From Sphaeroforma arctica JP610 (taxonomy: Eukaryota): DNA of 53,269 bases. A program made the translations under genes and the position numbers. The notes under the pieces were generated by a model, which worked only from the letters and a program-made list of their open reading frames with translations, did no database searches and was not told the DNA's origin. Where the stretch lies: positions 14,710 to 67,978 of the forward strand of contig NW_014040124.1 of assembly GCF_001186125.1 (NCBI RefSeq), given 5' to 3'. Shown here piece by piece: positions 1 through 11,369 of this stretch (positions are counted from its first letter, which is position 1; every line of letters starts with the position of its first letter).

Positions 1-81
1 GCAAGCACGCAGAGAGGCTAAGTACACAACATACACTTATTTCCTTATACGCATTAGCCAATTACAGCAATTTACAGCAAG

Positions 82-1026
82 ATGGCTGCAGAAGAATCCG
101 ACGAAGAAACCTCTTCATCAAGTAAACGAGAACAAACACAAGCACGGGCAGCTACGCATAAAGTTTCGCAGCGGGAAGGAAACATCACCCAATTAGGCGT
201 AGCGAATCCTGATACGGAAACCATTATCAAGACAACAAGTGAAGAATTTTTTCAACGCGAACTGGCAGCTAGGGTGGAAGAACCTGAAAGAGAACTGGCC
301 ATCAAGGAAGCGAAGAGAGCTGATGACCATGCAATACAAGACAGCAAGATCAAGATGATGGAGATGCAAATCATGAATTTGTCAACCGGAGCAAGGAACA
401 AGGAACGTACGGAGTTGGAAGCCGAAGCAACACTGCGAGCGAACAAATTTTCCAGAATCACTCAAGGAGAAATTTCGTGAAGGTAAGCCAGTATAACTAA
501 CAGAAGTGAAGCGTGCGGCGAGACCAGCCCATGTATGAACATACGACGCAGAACTTACGATGGACTCGGGCGTAGCCAAAGTGAAAGCAGAAAAAGAGAG
601 CTTTTATTCAGCAGCAGATTTGTTAAAAGTATAGACACAGGTGATGGGTGCGACGCTAATCCACAATATGGATATACGAACAGACCCAACAGCAATAATG
701 TATCTGGTTGCGTATCAAGCACAGCTTTGTCAGCACCTGATAGATTTGACACCTGATGCAGTTGCATCTCTGGATTTGGAACACAGGTGTCGCTTTGATG
801 TCTGCACACCAGAAGTACGAATAGCAGACATTGAACCAAAGGTGCTCACCAGATTCCTGTGCGCACTCAGAATCGCCTGCCAAAAATCTACTGTGAGAAC
901 TCCACTGTGAGCATCGTGTTCTGTACGTGCGTCGATGCCACGGATACTAAGAATGGGACGACGAGAGGCGACCCACCTAAGAGATTGTAATGACAACTTC
1001 AACCGAGGCAGTTGCAAGATGAACAA
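82..1026 (+). pseudogene. Degenerate gag-like ORF1 of a probable DIRS/Ngaro-type retrotransposon, 5' part; interrupted at 1027 by an LTR element
   Basis: Broken ORFs 82-480 and 641-910 (YLVAYQAQLCQHL...LDLEHRCR), then CNDNFNRGSCKMN just before the insertion. Joining to 8774 gives CNDNFNRGSCKMNNCRFVHECNWNKCKDRKSH, a CCCH-type finger of the kind found in Ngaro ORF1. No RT or recombinase visible. Confidence 0.45.
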
Positions 1027-1218
1027 CGTAGTAAGTATACGCTGGATGAGGGAGACTTTGTTCATTTATTAGTAAGTGTAAAATTCATGACTCTAATTAT
1101 GAGACATAAGTCATGTGCTGTAATAGTCAGCAAAAACTAAGTTTATCAGATTATTCTGATAAACTGTAAAAACTGTAATAAAACTAAAATAACCCTAAGT
1201 ACTTGTATTCTGACCACG
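1027..1218 (-). repeat. 3' LTR (family D) with an internal deletion of about 30 bp
   Basis: Aligns by eye to 8551-8769; ends are (c)GTAG...CCAC(g) versus TGTAG...CCACA. Confidence 0.8.
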
Positions 1219-1219
1219 A

Positions 1220-1232
1220 CCCCCCCCCCCCC
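1220..1232 (-). other. Polypurine tract (G run on minus strand)
   Basis: C run on the plus strand directly adjacent to the 3' LTR. Confidence 0.6.
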
Positions 1233-1234
1233 AA

Positions 1235-1960
1235 ACTGAAGCACTGACCAATAGACTCACAGTATTGTCTAATGGAATGTGTAATTTCCTTATGACGTCG
1301 TTCAGCAGTACCCAGTACTTGGGGTCGATATGGTGGTGATGCCTTGTGTAGTATACCCACTTCTTGGACCAGGAGCTCCACTATCTTGTTGGTGAATTCA
1401 TTCCCCATGTCCGTCTGGATCATACGTGGGAAACCATGCTCGCCAAAAACTTATATTAGTGTCTACGCCGTCGCCTCCTTCGTCTTGTCCGGTGTCGCTC
1501 GAAGGATTGAGTAGCCTGTAGCGATGTCCAGGACGTGAAGTATACAATTGTTCTTCCTTCTGGACTCCAGTGGCATCGGGATGTAATCAACTTGAATATG
1601 GTCCCACGGGTAGCACGCGTCAATGCTAATCATCGGGTGAAAGCCTTTACGTAGCGTATCCTGTCCCAGACATGTAGCGCATTGCCGTTTGACTTCCGCT
1701 GCCAATTCAAGTGCGCCTGGCCATACATGGCCGTTATGTCGTAGTTGTTGAACTGTATCGGCCGCTCCATGATGTCCTTGTTCGTGGTGAGCTTGCGTGA
1801 GTCGCGTTCGGCGCTGTTGTACTTCTGGGGTCGCTCGCTCAAACGCCGGTTGACTCTCTGCGTCTGGCATCGCCACTGAGATTTCTCGTGCCGTATCTAA
1901 ACACATCACGTACGCGGTGTGTTTGGGTTCTGCACGCTGTGAAAACAGCGGGTTCAGTTT
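1235..1960 (-). pseudogene. Family A Gypsy integrase (HHCC zinc finger and DDE core; C-terminus missing)
   Basis: HHEQGHHG...CATC; PWDHIQVDY; TDMGNEF; PPYRPQVLGTAERRH in ORFs 1463-2101 and 1184-1423. Confidence 0.92.
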
Positions 1961-1969
1961 GAACCCGTT

Positions 1970-2340
1970 AGGAGGTCCCACCCGTGCAATCACTGTGTGT
2001 CCCCATGGTGTCTTGCCACAGGCGTACTTAGCATACTTGAGGGACGTATGTGGCGTTCGTGGAACCAGCACCGATTCGGACTGCAACAACTGCTTGAACA
2101 AGTCAAACCATGGTGCCCTTGAAACCCTTGCGCAACATTATATGTATCTTCTCCCATGGTGGGTTCATCCATCCATCGACCGTCGACCAGTCGTGGGCAA
2201 ACGCACCTTCCGCATCGTCTTCAGTCCAAAATCGAGGGAGCTGAGCGTTATTTGGGTCCGCAAGTACGTCTATATTATTCGGACCGAAGTGTTCTTGTGC
2301 TTGTTCAAAGTAACTCGGAAATAACTGCCAACAATCTGTG
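1970..2340 (-). pseudogene. Dam-like amino-methyltransferase domain within family A pol
   Basis: FGPNNIDVLADPNNAQLPRFWTEDDAEGAFAHDWSTVDGWMNPPWEKI...YACGKTPWGHTVIARVGP; in frame with RNase H in ORF 2103-2609 and running into integrase in ORF 1463-2101. Confidence 0.85.
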
Positions 2341-4268
2341 TACAGTATTTCAGGTTCATCTTGCTCCTTTGTCCCCTCGTGTACTCTGCTCAACATGTCC
2401 GGAAGCACGTTCGTCTCTCCTGGTATATGTGATATATTAAAGTTGAACGGAGCGATTATATGGTGCCATCTCTGAAGCATCGGATTATGCTTGGGCTGTG
2501 TATTCATATACACGAGGGCCTTGTAGTCCGTAAAGACTGCAAACCGTTGCCCATCCAAGTGCTCCCTAAAATGTGTAAGTCCATACACCAAAGCGAGTAA
2601 CTCCTTCATTGGTATGCGTAGTTCTGTTGCGCATGGTTCTGAGTCGTGCTAAAGAACATTAAATAGTGTTTCTTGGAATAACGCTCCCCCCAAACCGTAA
2701 TCGCTAGCTTCGGTTTCCAAGTTCAATGGTATACCGTCTACCGGGAAGTGCAACGCTACTGCATTAACAACTGCAGCTTCCATTGCCTGCCACGCCTGTG
2801 CATGTCGCTCCTCCCAACGATCGCCGATCAACTCCTTCGGTTTGAGTTTGCAAAATTCGCGCAAAGGTGCTACCGTGTTCGCGAAGTTGGGGAGATGCTC
2901 ATGAAGGTAGTTCGCCAAACGTAAGGCGGAGGCTATATCCTTGTACCGTATCGGGGTAGGCCAGTCGATAAGCTTGGCCTGCTTCTCATGATCAATGTCT
3001 ATGCCTTGTGCAGACACCTTCTTCCCTAGGATCATCACTTCGGGAATAGCAAAGGGGCACTTGGCGGGGTTAAGCTTAAAACTGTGGTATGTCAAGCGTT
3101 GAATCACCTGCTGCACCGTCTTAACGTGTTCATCATAGTCGTCGCTAGCGATAACGATGTCGTCGATATAGTGGTGGACCGGTAAACCGTCAAGTATCGT
3201 GCTCAAGGTACGCGGGAACTGTTGCGTGAGCACATGGAGTCCAAACGGCGCCGATGTAAACGAGTACTGATAACGCTTGTGCGTAAAGCTGAACAAGTAT
3301 TGTAAATCTGTATGGATCGGCAGCCTGTGGTATTCGGCAGAGATGTCCAGCGTAGGGTAGTTACTTCTTACTCTTGAGGCGAGAGATAAGTTCGTTGACC
3401 TTTGGAATCAAAATCTGGTCACCGGGGATAAGGGCATCAACGGCGCGCATGTCTAAACACAGCCGTAACTTCTTCACATTTCCTTCTGCATCGAACGTCG
3501 GAACCGCAAGGAGAGGAGGTTGACGGTGGTCGGTGTCGTCCGTTTCGTGATCACCAAATCTGCGAACCACTTCTCCACTTGTTCGTCCATGTAGGGTAGC
3601 CATCGGTCGGATACAAAGTTACGTGTCGATCTGCGCTTGTACATCGCCTGTTCACGGGTTACCGGAATGGTAACTTCACTTCCTTCCAGACGGCATCGCG
3701 CGTTGTCAGCAATCAACGCATCCGCCTCTAAATTATGTGCCAGACGTTGGCGTGCATCGGCGGGTTCTGTCGTATTCGGTGCCTGTCGGCGTGGGATGGG
3801 TTCGAGGAGCTCTTCCAATTATGTGGGGTCGATCGGTGCGAGTGGCGATTGTATACCGCCTATGTAGAGACCCAAGCCTTTCAACATATCTTGCCCCACT
3901 ATGATGTCTATACCTGCAGGTAAATTCATCAACTCAAGTGACCCGTTGATAATCTTGGTGTCATACCGAATGGGTGGTACCACTTCTGTCGTCCCCAGTC
4001 GAGGAGTCCGAACCGCCTTGTCAGCTAAATAGATGAATGACCCAAGTGGTGCGGGAGTTATTGGGCGGCCGAAGAGGTCTGCGGATGTCTGTGAGATACA
4101 ACTTCTGTTTGCTCCCGTGTCTATCAATGCTTTGAACGTGCGTCCGTTAACTTGCACTTGAAAATAAACTCGGTTATCAGAAGAAAGCAATGGGTCCTGT
4201 ATCTCAATCACTGCCCTAATAGTGTTAGCAAATGTGAAGCTCATATCCGACTCAGGCACCCTCACATC
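2341..4268 (-). pseudogene. Family A Gypsy pol: protease, reverse transcriptase, RNase H (frameshifted)
   Basis: ALIDTGANRSCIS (protease); LRLCLDMR, APFGL, YIDDIVI (RT); TEASDYGLGGAL, ELLALV, FTDYKAL, DMLSR (RNase H). Confidence 0.95.
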
Positions 4269-6570
4269 TCATGCTCGTTCGGTGACGGACTCCCGTACTC
4301 CGTGGTCCTGGTCTGTGTCCGGTGCCGTGTGCTCGAAGTCTTCCGTGAGTATCGTATTGATGTGTACCTCTGTAGCTTCTGATGGTGGTACAAGGCCGTC
4401 GTTCTGTGTAATCGCATTCACCTGTACTTGATGAGTCGGACGCGTAGTTATCAATTCTCTACTCTGGGTGGTGGTCTGCCCCTGCCCTGAGGTTGAAGCT
4501 GTGGTCGGCCTGTGTGCCGAATGTGCGTCTCTTGATATGCGGTTGTTGTCGTATGGCTGTGCTCGGCCATCCGTACCCCCTGGTTGCGATGCACGGAAAT
4601 GATGGCATCGCGGAATAAGACGCGAACCTGGTGGTGCTTGTGCCTGGCATCCAGCACAATTCGTAGGTAGTGACGGTTGGGGTCGCTGAGACCAGTTCTG
4701 CGACTGTCGTCGAACCGTCTGCGGGCTAGGGCGGCTATTGGTGTAGTCCCGACCTCCGTTGTTCGGCTGACCCTCGCGATTGTTCCGGTTCTGCAGCCTC
4801 GCTGTGGTGCGCTGCTGTGCGTCCTGAATATCGGGGCTCAGTAACTGCAGAAGCTCGTGCGTCTTCATCAATTGCCATTTAGGATGCAACTGTAAAGTAC
4901 GCTCATACGTTCGGCCGTTGAGAGCTCCCTCTAACAGTTGTACGATGCAATGGTTTAATATATCCTGATAGAAGTCTGCATCCGTCTGGCACCGTTCACG
5001 TGCCCTCCTATGGTTCTCCATGAGCTGTGTCATTTGTTTCATAATAAGGGTGTGCATGTTCCGACTGTGGCCCTTGGCTAACTTACGAAACGCGGGATTG
5101 ACAGTGGCTTGTGTCTCATGCGAGCAGATCTGTTCGAATTGTAGTTGTGGCGTCCACATCCTCAATCGTTCCGAGTTGTCGCGTATGTAATCCAATGTTG
5201 ACTTCTCAGCCTTAAAGTAAGATAATACCTTTTGGAACCATGTTAGGCTCCAACTCTCATCTAACCCTGCGATTTGCGCGTTCTTAAATGTCTCAAGGAG
5301 AGCCCCTCTCGTATCCCGTTCCATAATGTCGTGTAGGTGGTATCTGTTCGAAGGCCAATCGGGCCATGTATGTGGTGACGGGAAAGGCCGCTTTTCCACC
5401 GGGCGGGACTCCAGCGTAGCCCGGAGCGTCTCAATCGCTCCCCGAAGAGCTTCAGCTCGAGCCGTAATATTATCCTTGATTGCTTGGCATAGCTCGTTGC
5501 TCAGGTGTAGTGTCCGTGCATGCAGCGCTTGTCGGCTTTTCTCAATACTATCCGGCGTAGGCGGAGGTACAGGTGTATCCTTCCCCTGCCGTATGGGTAT
5601 CTGTACAAATTCACTGGCTGCTTCCTTCTCGAACGACTGACGTTGCTGTTGCTGGCGAAAGTTAGTACTTAACCGATCCTGCATATTCTTCAGTGCCTCA
5701 CTCCCATGAGGGTTCTGCTTGGCTAATACCTGTTCACGTGCGAACTCCTGGAAAGATGAGGGGTCCTCAATAGAAGACAGAGTCTGCTCCCCCTCGGCCG
5801 ACCGGGCCTCTGACCCAGATGATTCATACCCGAGTCCATGATGCGGTCGTGTACGGCCTTGGGGACGGAACGTAAAGTTGTCCTCAATTCCTAGCAACGT
5901 ATGCACACGTGCGTGTGTGCCAGTAACTGTCTCAGTGGCAGCCAACAATGTTGTAGGCCGCTCGGCAGTCGTGCGCTGCAACTTTTGTTCATACTTCTCT
6001 AGAAGTGACTGCTGTTGAGCCATTAGCTCAGTAAATTTCTGAGCGCACGATTGGCCCCGTACCGTGTCCTTGTTGTTGGTGCGCCGACGGTAGCGTCTAC
6101 GTTTGTTAGGTGGAAGGCGGTTAGACATTACTGGAGGACAAGGCCCCTGAAGTACCCGAAGACGAACGGGAGGACAGACCATTACTAGCTACATATTCAC
6201 CAGTAATTGTCTGACTCCGGTCCACACGCAGGTCGGGAACTCTCTTGGTCTCACCCTCGAAGACGACGTCGTCCCCTGAATGAACAGGTTCATCTCCGTG
6301 TGCCGTTGGCGACTGCTTGTCGTTAGCGGATACAGGGTAGAGATCCTCTAGACGTGACTGTTGTTGCCCCTCCAGAGCCTGTCCTGTGTGTAGACCAGTG
6401 CTGTCCGGATTAGATGGACGACGCTTAGTCTCACGTCGGTCAATATCATTTTCTTTGCGACGCTCAGGGTTCAGGTGATGCTGTCTACGACTTTGTCGGG
6501 GGTTGGACATGGTCGGGGAAGTATGTTTCAACGGAGATCTTGAAATGTGTGCGAACGAACTCGGAAAGAA
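4269..6570 (-). pseudogene. Family A gag (637 aa ORF plus overlapping upstream ORF 6121-6588)
   Basis: Long ORF directly upstream of and in frame with the protease; low-complexity C-terminus with CAGC...RCHH. Called mainly from position. Confidence 0.75.
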
Positions 6571-8420
6571 TTGAATATAAATACCCATTTCCTATCAAGA
6601 GTCCATCCCTCAAACACATGAAGTCTCGACGATGATCCTCGAGGAACCAGTGGGCTCACTCTTGATTACTTCATTTCACTCACAGACCCTAGTTGTATAG
6701 AGAGTCGAGACCCATCTATCACTAACTGATGTCTTACTCTCCTTCAAATAAATACCTCGTTGAGGTATGCCCCGCTTGTCGGAACATCCTCTCAACCTTC
6801 CCTTCGGCTGCTCCTGCTCCGACCTGGTGTCAGCCTAGCCTCGGTATCTCGTCGCATACTCCATCTGTCGCTCCTGATTGCTCTTCTTACTCCCCTGGCT
6901 TCGTGTCCTCTACTCATGATGTCCTTGTCATGTGCCGTTGCGGTTGTTAGATTGTATTCCTCGACCTAAGACTTATTTGTTAGATATTGCGCTCCTAAAC
7001 AACACTGCCGCAAACAACGCCTTCTGTACGTGCTCGTGAGCCGCTCCAATTACCTGATGTAGCTAGAAGCTCTATTGGTTCGTGCGTGTGCGTCTGTCAT
7101 TTCCGCAATTTTAACCATGTACTACTTACACCGATCGTGTTATGTACGCTCCCACATTATATATTCTTAAAAGAATATAAACTCACAGATGCTTACTTAT
7201 GTGTTTGTGTTCTTCCTTCTAACCTCCTCCGTCGACCAACCTATCTAAATCACCTTATGTGCACTTCTGGTTGTAGTTTGATGTCACTTGGATAGCTATC
7301 GCTTCTCAACTTCGTCGCTACCTATTGTAGCCAAAACTTAAGTAGATAATTCTAAATAAATACTCCTGTCTATTCGTCCATAAGTTATAAGCCCAATATA
7401 TAGCCCCTTCAGAGTCTTAACTCCTACTCCGTTGCGTATGGATACCATTAGGTGTATATGTCGTGCCATTCCATTTCCTATTCCTTAAAACTTCGGTCTG
7501 CCCACGCCATAGTATACATGATGTAGTCTTGTGACGTGTTGCCTGATATATATACACCGGTGTGTCTTTTACCTATCCTCTGCTTATTATTTGTTGTACT
7601 TGTGTTTTGGTCATTGTTTAGTACCCATGATCTTCAGTATATGATCTTCAGTATCGACTATACGTGTACACTATTTTGTCAACTGACGTGTGCACTATGT
7701 AGCCTTGTCTATTTTGTATAAAGACTAAATATCAGTTCATATAACTTAACCTCTAATCATCTTGGAACTTTTGTAAAAGAATATAGTATATCGCTGCTTT
7801 TTTGTGTCGTGGTACTAGACGAGTCGGCACTAACCATGTGTACCCTCCATTTCTACCACTATAGATCCTGAATAAGCTTCTTCTTTCTTCTAACAACTCT
7901 TAACTTATAGTTTACGTATTGCTACTTGCACACTCTGTTTGTACTTGTCTCACACGAAAACAACCTCCCTACCTGTTTTCACACGTGACTACTTATCTGT
8001 GGTTTCTGGCTGATTCTCAGATTTCGTTATTTGATCGTCCTGGGACCTTCCTTGTTGTCCTTGGGTTGATGTTGTGCTTGATTGTGATGGTTCCTTCTCG
8101 GTTTCACTCGACTCAATAGATTCTATCTTCGTACTTGTTGTCCAAACATCATTAGTACGACGACCAGTTAGTCTAAATTGTTCAAGTTATCGAGCCATTT
8201 CGTATCTGTTGATTCTAAATCTCTTTTCTTCCACTTCATCAATCGTAGGTGGTTCTGCGCGGTTATCCCCTTGGTTCTCCGGTCTTGAGTCTCCTTCTGC
8301 CTTACTGCTGCTGGTCGAAATTAATGGCGGTATCGTATCACTAGCCTCACTACTCGAGAACCCACTATCTCCTTCTTCGTTAGGCAAATTTCGGAAGATC
8401 TCGTCATTTTGATGCGACAT
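6571..8420 (-). pseudogene. Highly degenerate gag-protease relic (family D)
   Basis: ATG at 8420 lies 130 bp inside the 5' LTR; acidic, Ser-rich N-terminus; many stops; ends in CV*GMDS**EMGIYI, resembling the protease C-terminus IIVGQDMLKGLGLYI of family A. Confidence 0.45.
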
Positions 8421-8550
8421 TCTTTATTCTTATAATTCTTAAATTGTACTTATAACAAAATAAATAAATACTAGCTACTGACTATTTCTTATTCCGTAGC
8501 TTTCCCTACAATTACTAATAAAGTAACAACTTCTTATGGTAAGTTAAAAA

Positions 8551-8769
8551 TGTAGTAAGTGTACGATGGATAACTATATCTCAACGTTCTCGTTCCGTAG
8601 AGAGGGAGATGTTGTTCATTTATTAGTAATTGTGAAATTCATGACTAATTATGAGTCATAAGTAATGTGCTGTAATAGTTAGCAAAAACTAAGTTTATCG
8701 GATTGTTCTGATAAACGTAAAAACTGTAATAAAACTAAAATAAATCTAAGTACATGTATTCTGACCACA
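8551..8769 (-). repeat. 5' LTR (family D), 219 bp
   Basis: TGTAG...CCACA ends; direct repeat of 1027-1218; followed by the ACAA duplication. Confidence 0.8.
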
Positions 8770-8773
8770 ACAA

Positions 8774-9075
8774 TTGTCGATTTGTACACGAGTGCAACTG
8801 GAACAAATGCAAGGATCGCAAGTCTCATAGCGGCGCCAACCATGACCCCAAGAAGCACAAAATGAAAATTGTGTGAGACCCAGTAAAGCCATGGTACGCC
8901 ACAGAATCTCAGCAATGTTATTGTAGATAAACCCAGACCACATTCAGTACCAAACCTGGTACCGTTTTGATGTCTGCACACCAGAAGTACGAATAGCAGA
9001 CATTGAACCAAAGGTGCTCACCAGATTCCTGTGCACACCACAGAATCGCCTGCCGAAAACCTATTGTGAGAACTT
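8774..9075 (+). pseudogene. Continuation of the Ngaro-like ORF1 zinc finger, plus a second copy of the 790-900 segment
   Basis: CRFVHECNWNKCKDRKSHSGANH right after the TSD; about 8962-9072 is near-identical to about 791-900. Confidence 0.5.
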
Positions 9076-9113
9076 GTAGCGTATGGGGAGTAGCTGAAAG
9101 GTACGAGACAATA

Positions 9114-9762
9114 TGATACAATAGACCTCTTCTCAAGCGCGGCTATCTCAGCTGGGAAAAGTCCCTAGTCTGAGAGAACCGAACCGGGTCTTTATTTGTG
9201 TTTTCACTAGACTCAGGATTTACTTGAGTGTTTCTCTCACACGCGGGAGTCCCGGTATATCTTACCAGTTCTACCGCTAATATTTCCGATGACTCTAATA
9301 TCATAAATATTTTAATCCTAATTCCAAAACTCAGTATTTGATCATTCTGGGTTTTGGGATTTGGATTGGCTTTTGATAATCTGGTCCCTAGATGCTACAG
9401 CCCCCCAACTTTGTGCTTCTTAGCCTGCGTGGGAGTAGAAAGTAACATCTTACAGTACTATATTATCTAGAGGTTGGTGTTTGTATACAGGGAAAAACTT
9501 GTCCCTTAGGGGGCATAAAATGAAAAACCTGCCACCATTTTCTAATACATATTACCGATTTATTGAATTTATACTGCAGCAGGAGTACTCTACCACGCTC
9601 ATTGGAGTCAGTCTAGACCAATGCTCTCGGTTGATCTCAACTTGGCTTAGAAAAACGCATCTCAACGGTGGCTCTACAGCTGATTCTCTGGTCCTTGTCC
9701 CTCTGGTGTGTGGGGGGAGCATGCTTCTAGGCAAGAAAAATGGGAGTGTCATGTGGTATCAG
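9114..9762 (+). mobile_element. Probable orphan 5' LTR (9114-9751) with an initiator-Met tRNA primer binding site (9754-9762)
   Basis: TGATAC...GTGTCA imperfect inverted ends, followed 2 nt later by TGGTATCAG; no partner LTR in the window. Confidence 0.45.
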
Positions 9763-9819
9763 TGAGACTTGCTTAGGTCCCCCACCTCGTGCGCTGTCTG
9801 TGGCTCGCTGATCTTTCAT

Positions 9820-10030
9820 CAGTGCTCGTTGTCGTTGGCTTCTTTGGCCTGGACTGCCTTCGTTTACGTCTCCGGCGTTGATGGTATGTTGTAGTGACAT
9901 CAACATCTACGGTGTTTGATTCACGCGTCTAGGTATGCTCACCATCGGTTCAATGCAGTAGGTACTCCTGGGATCCATCGCCTCGGATGGACGGCTTGTC
10001 ATCGACTATCGAGGAGAGCTGAGTCTCTTC
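9820..10030 (-). pseudogene. Chromodomain-like C-terminus of family B integrase with a basic tail
   Basis: Reading through two stops: SSIVDDKPSIRGDGSQEYLLH*TDGEHT*TRESNTVDVDVTTTYHQRRRRKRR; both stops fall at the conserved Trp positions of the EYLVKW...TWE pattern. Confidence 0.7.
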
Positions 10031-10882
10031 GTTTGGTTGTACGTGATTGTTGGAAGTAAATGCTTCCGGAACACTGGCCCTTTTTACGAGGCCAAGTAGC
10101 TCATAACTGATCGAGTCAGGATATTCGGGGGCTATAGTCCCATCAAGTTTACAGACATTATACCCGTTGCCCTCCCTGCATTCTATTTTGTATGGTCCGT
10201 CATTTGGTGCTGTTAACTTGTTCATTTCACCTTGATAGCGAACCATGACTAGGTACCCTTCCTGGCAGTTTACATACTTCTTTTGGTATTTTCGATCGTA
10301 TGCTGCGCGCATCTTCTTTTGATACTGGGCAACGTTGCTATCTAGCTGTGGCCTGATGGCTTCTTCTAGATTTCGCAGTCGCTCTTCCCAAGATACTGTT
10401 GTACTGGGTGCGGTCACTGGCTCATTGTAGTCCGTGAGTTGATTCTGTCTGCGACCAAAGTACACATTAAAGCGGGGTGACGTGTGCCTTCTGGATGTAC
10501 GCAGATTGTGGCCCATCTGTACGAATGGAAGTCGTGAACACCAGTTACCTGGATTCTGTTCTACGAATTTCCGTAGCAGTGGCAAGAGGTCTTTGTGCGA
10601 TCGTTCGTTCGCGCCTAAAAATTTAGGTTGATACGGCCGAGAGACTAGGTGTTGCATTGGCGCTTGTTCAACAACTTTTAAAGGTATGTTGTTAACGTAT
10701 TCAGTGCCTTGGTTAGTCTGTATGATTTGTGGGAATCAATGTTCACACATGATGGGTACTAGCGGGCGTGCTACACTCGCCGCTGATTTGTCCATCATTA
10801 GACGCAAAATGACATATGATGAATGTACATCAAGCCAGACTAACACATATGTGTGTGCTCTGTTGGAATCCAATAGTGGACC

Positions 10883-11192
10883 TATGGTGTCCACTTGGAC
10901 TCTGTCGCCTGGGTATGCGGCTGTGATTGATTGTAAGAGGTGAAAACCCTTTTTTATCTTATTTTGAGACATGGTATGCATCCGTCAATGAACTTGTGTT
11001 CATGTTGTTGGATGTCAGGCCAATCATGTCCTTCAGTTATGGTGTCCACTTGGATTCTGTCGCCTGGATATGCGGCTGTGATTGATTGTAAGAAGTGAAA
11101 ACCCTTTTTTATCTTATTTTGAGACATGGTATGCATCCGTCAATGAACTTGTGTACATGTCGTTGGATATCAGGCCAATCATGTCCATCAGT
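10883..11192. repeat. 155 bp tandem duplication inside family B integrase
   Basis: Units start at 10883 and 11038; ORFs 10736-10981 and 10954-11136 begin with the same peptide. Confidence 0.9.
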
Positions 11193-11369
11193 TTGCAACT
11201 TGTGTACCGTTTCCTCCGGAGTGTAATGTCTTAAGTTGTGGTATTACTCGACGGTGTTGACACGTGTCTCATACTCTGTTGCCTGTGGTGCATCCCCAGA
11301 GTGAACTGGTTCTGATGCCGCAACGTGTATAGCAGGTTGGTCCCTCGCTGTGTCAAAGTATGGAGACTT

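Larger units (their letters stand above)
1027..8769 (-). mobile_element. LTR-bounded composite Ty3/Gypsy element (family D LTRs and gag-protease relic plus family A gag-pol)
   Basis: Direct repeats at 1027-1218 and 8551-8769, ACAA on both flanks (1023-1026, 8770-8773), poly-G tract (minus strand) next to the 3' LTR; excision restores the flanking reading frame. Confidence 0.8.

Noticed and set aside
1970..4268. Reading the RT-RNase H-MTase elements as DIRS retrotransposons
   Set aside because: They have an aspartic protease and an HHCC/DDE integrase, family C has direct TG...CA LTRs, and no tyrosine recombinase is visible.
6590..6720. AHWFLEDHRRDFMCLRDGLLIG as a DIRS/Ngaro RT N-terminus
   Set aside because: Another frame fits a retroviral-type protease C-terminus better, and the region lies inside an LTR pair downstream of a gag-like start.
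8599..8772. Plus-strand PPT (agagagggaga) followed by an LTR at 8610-8772
   Set aside because: Homology with the copy at 1027 starts at 8551, and the ACAA duplication plus frame restoration support 8551-8769 on the minus strand.
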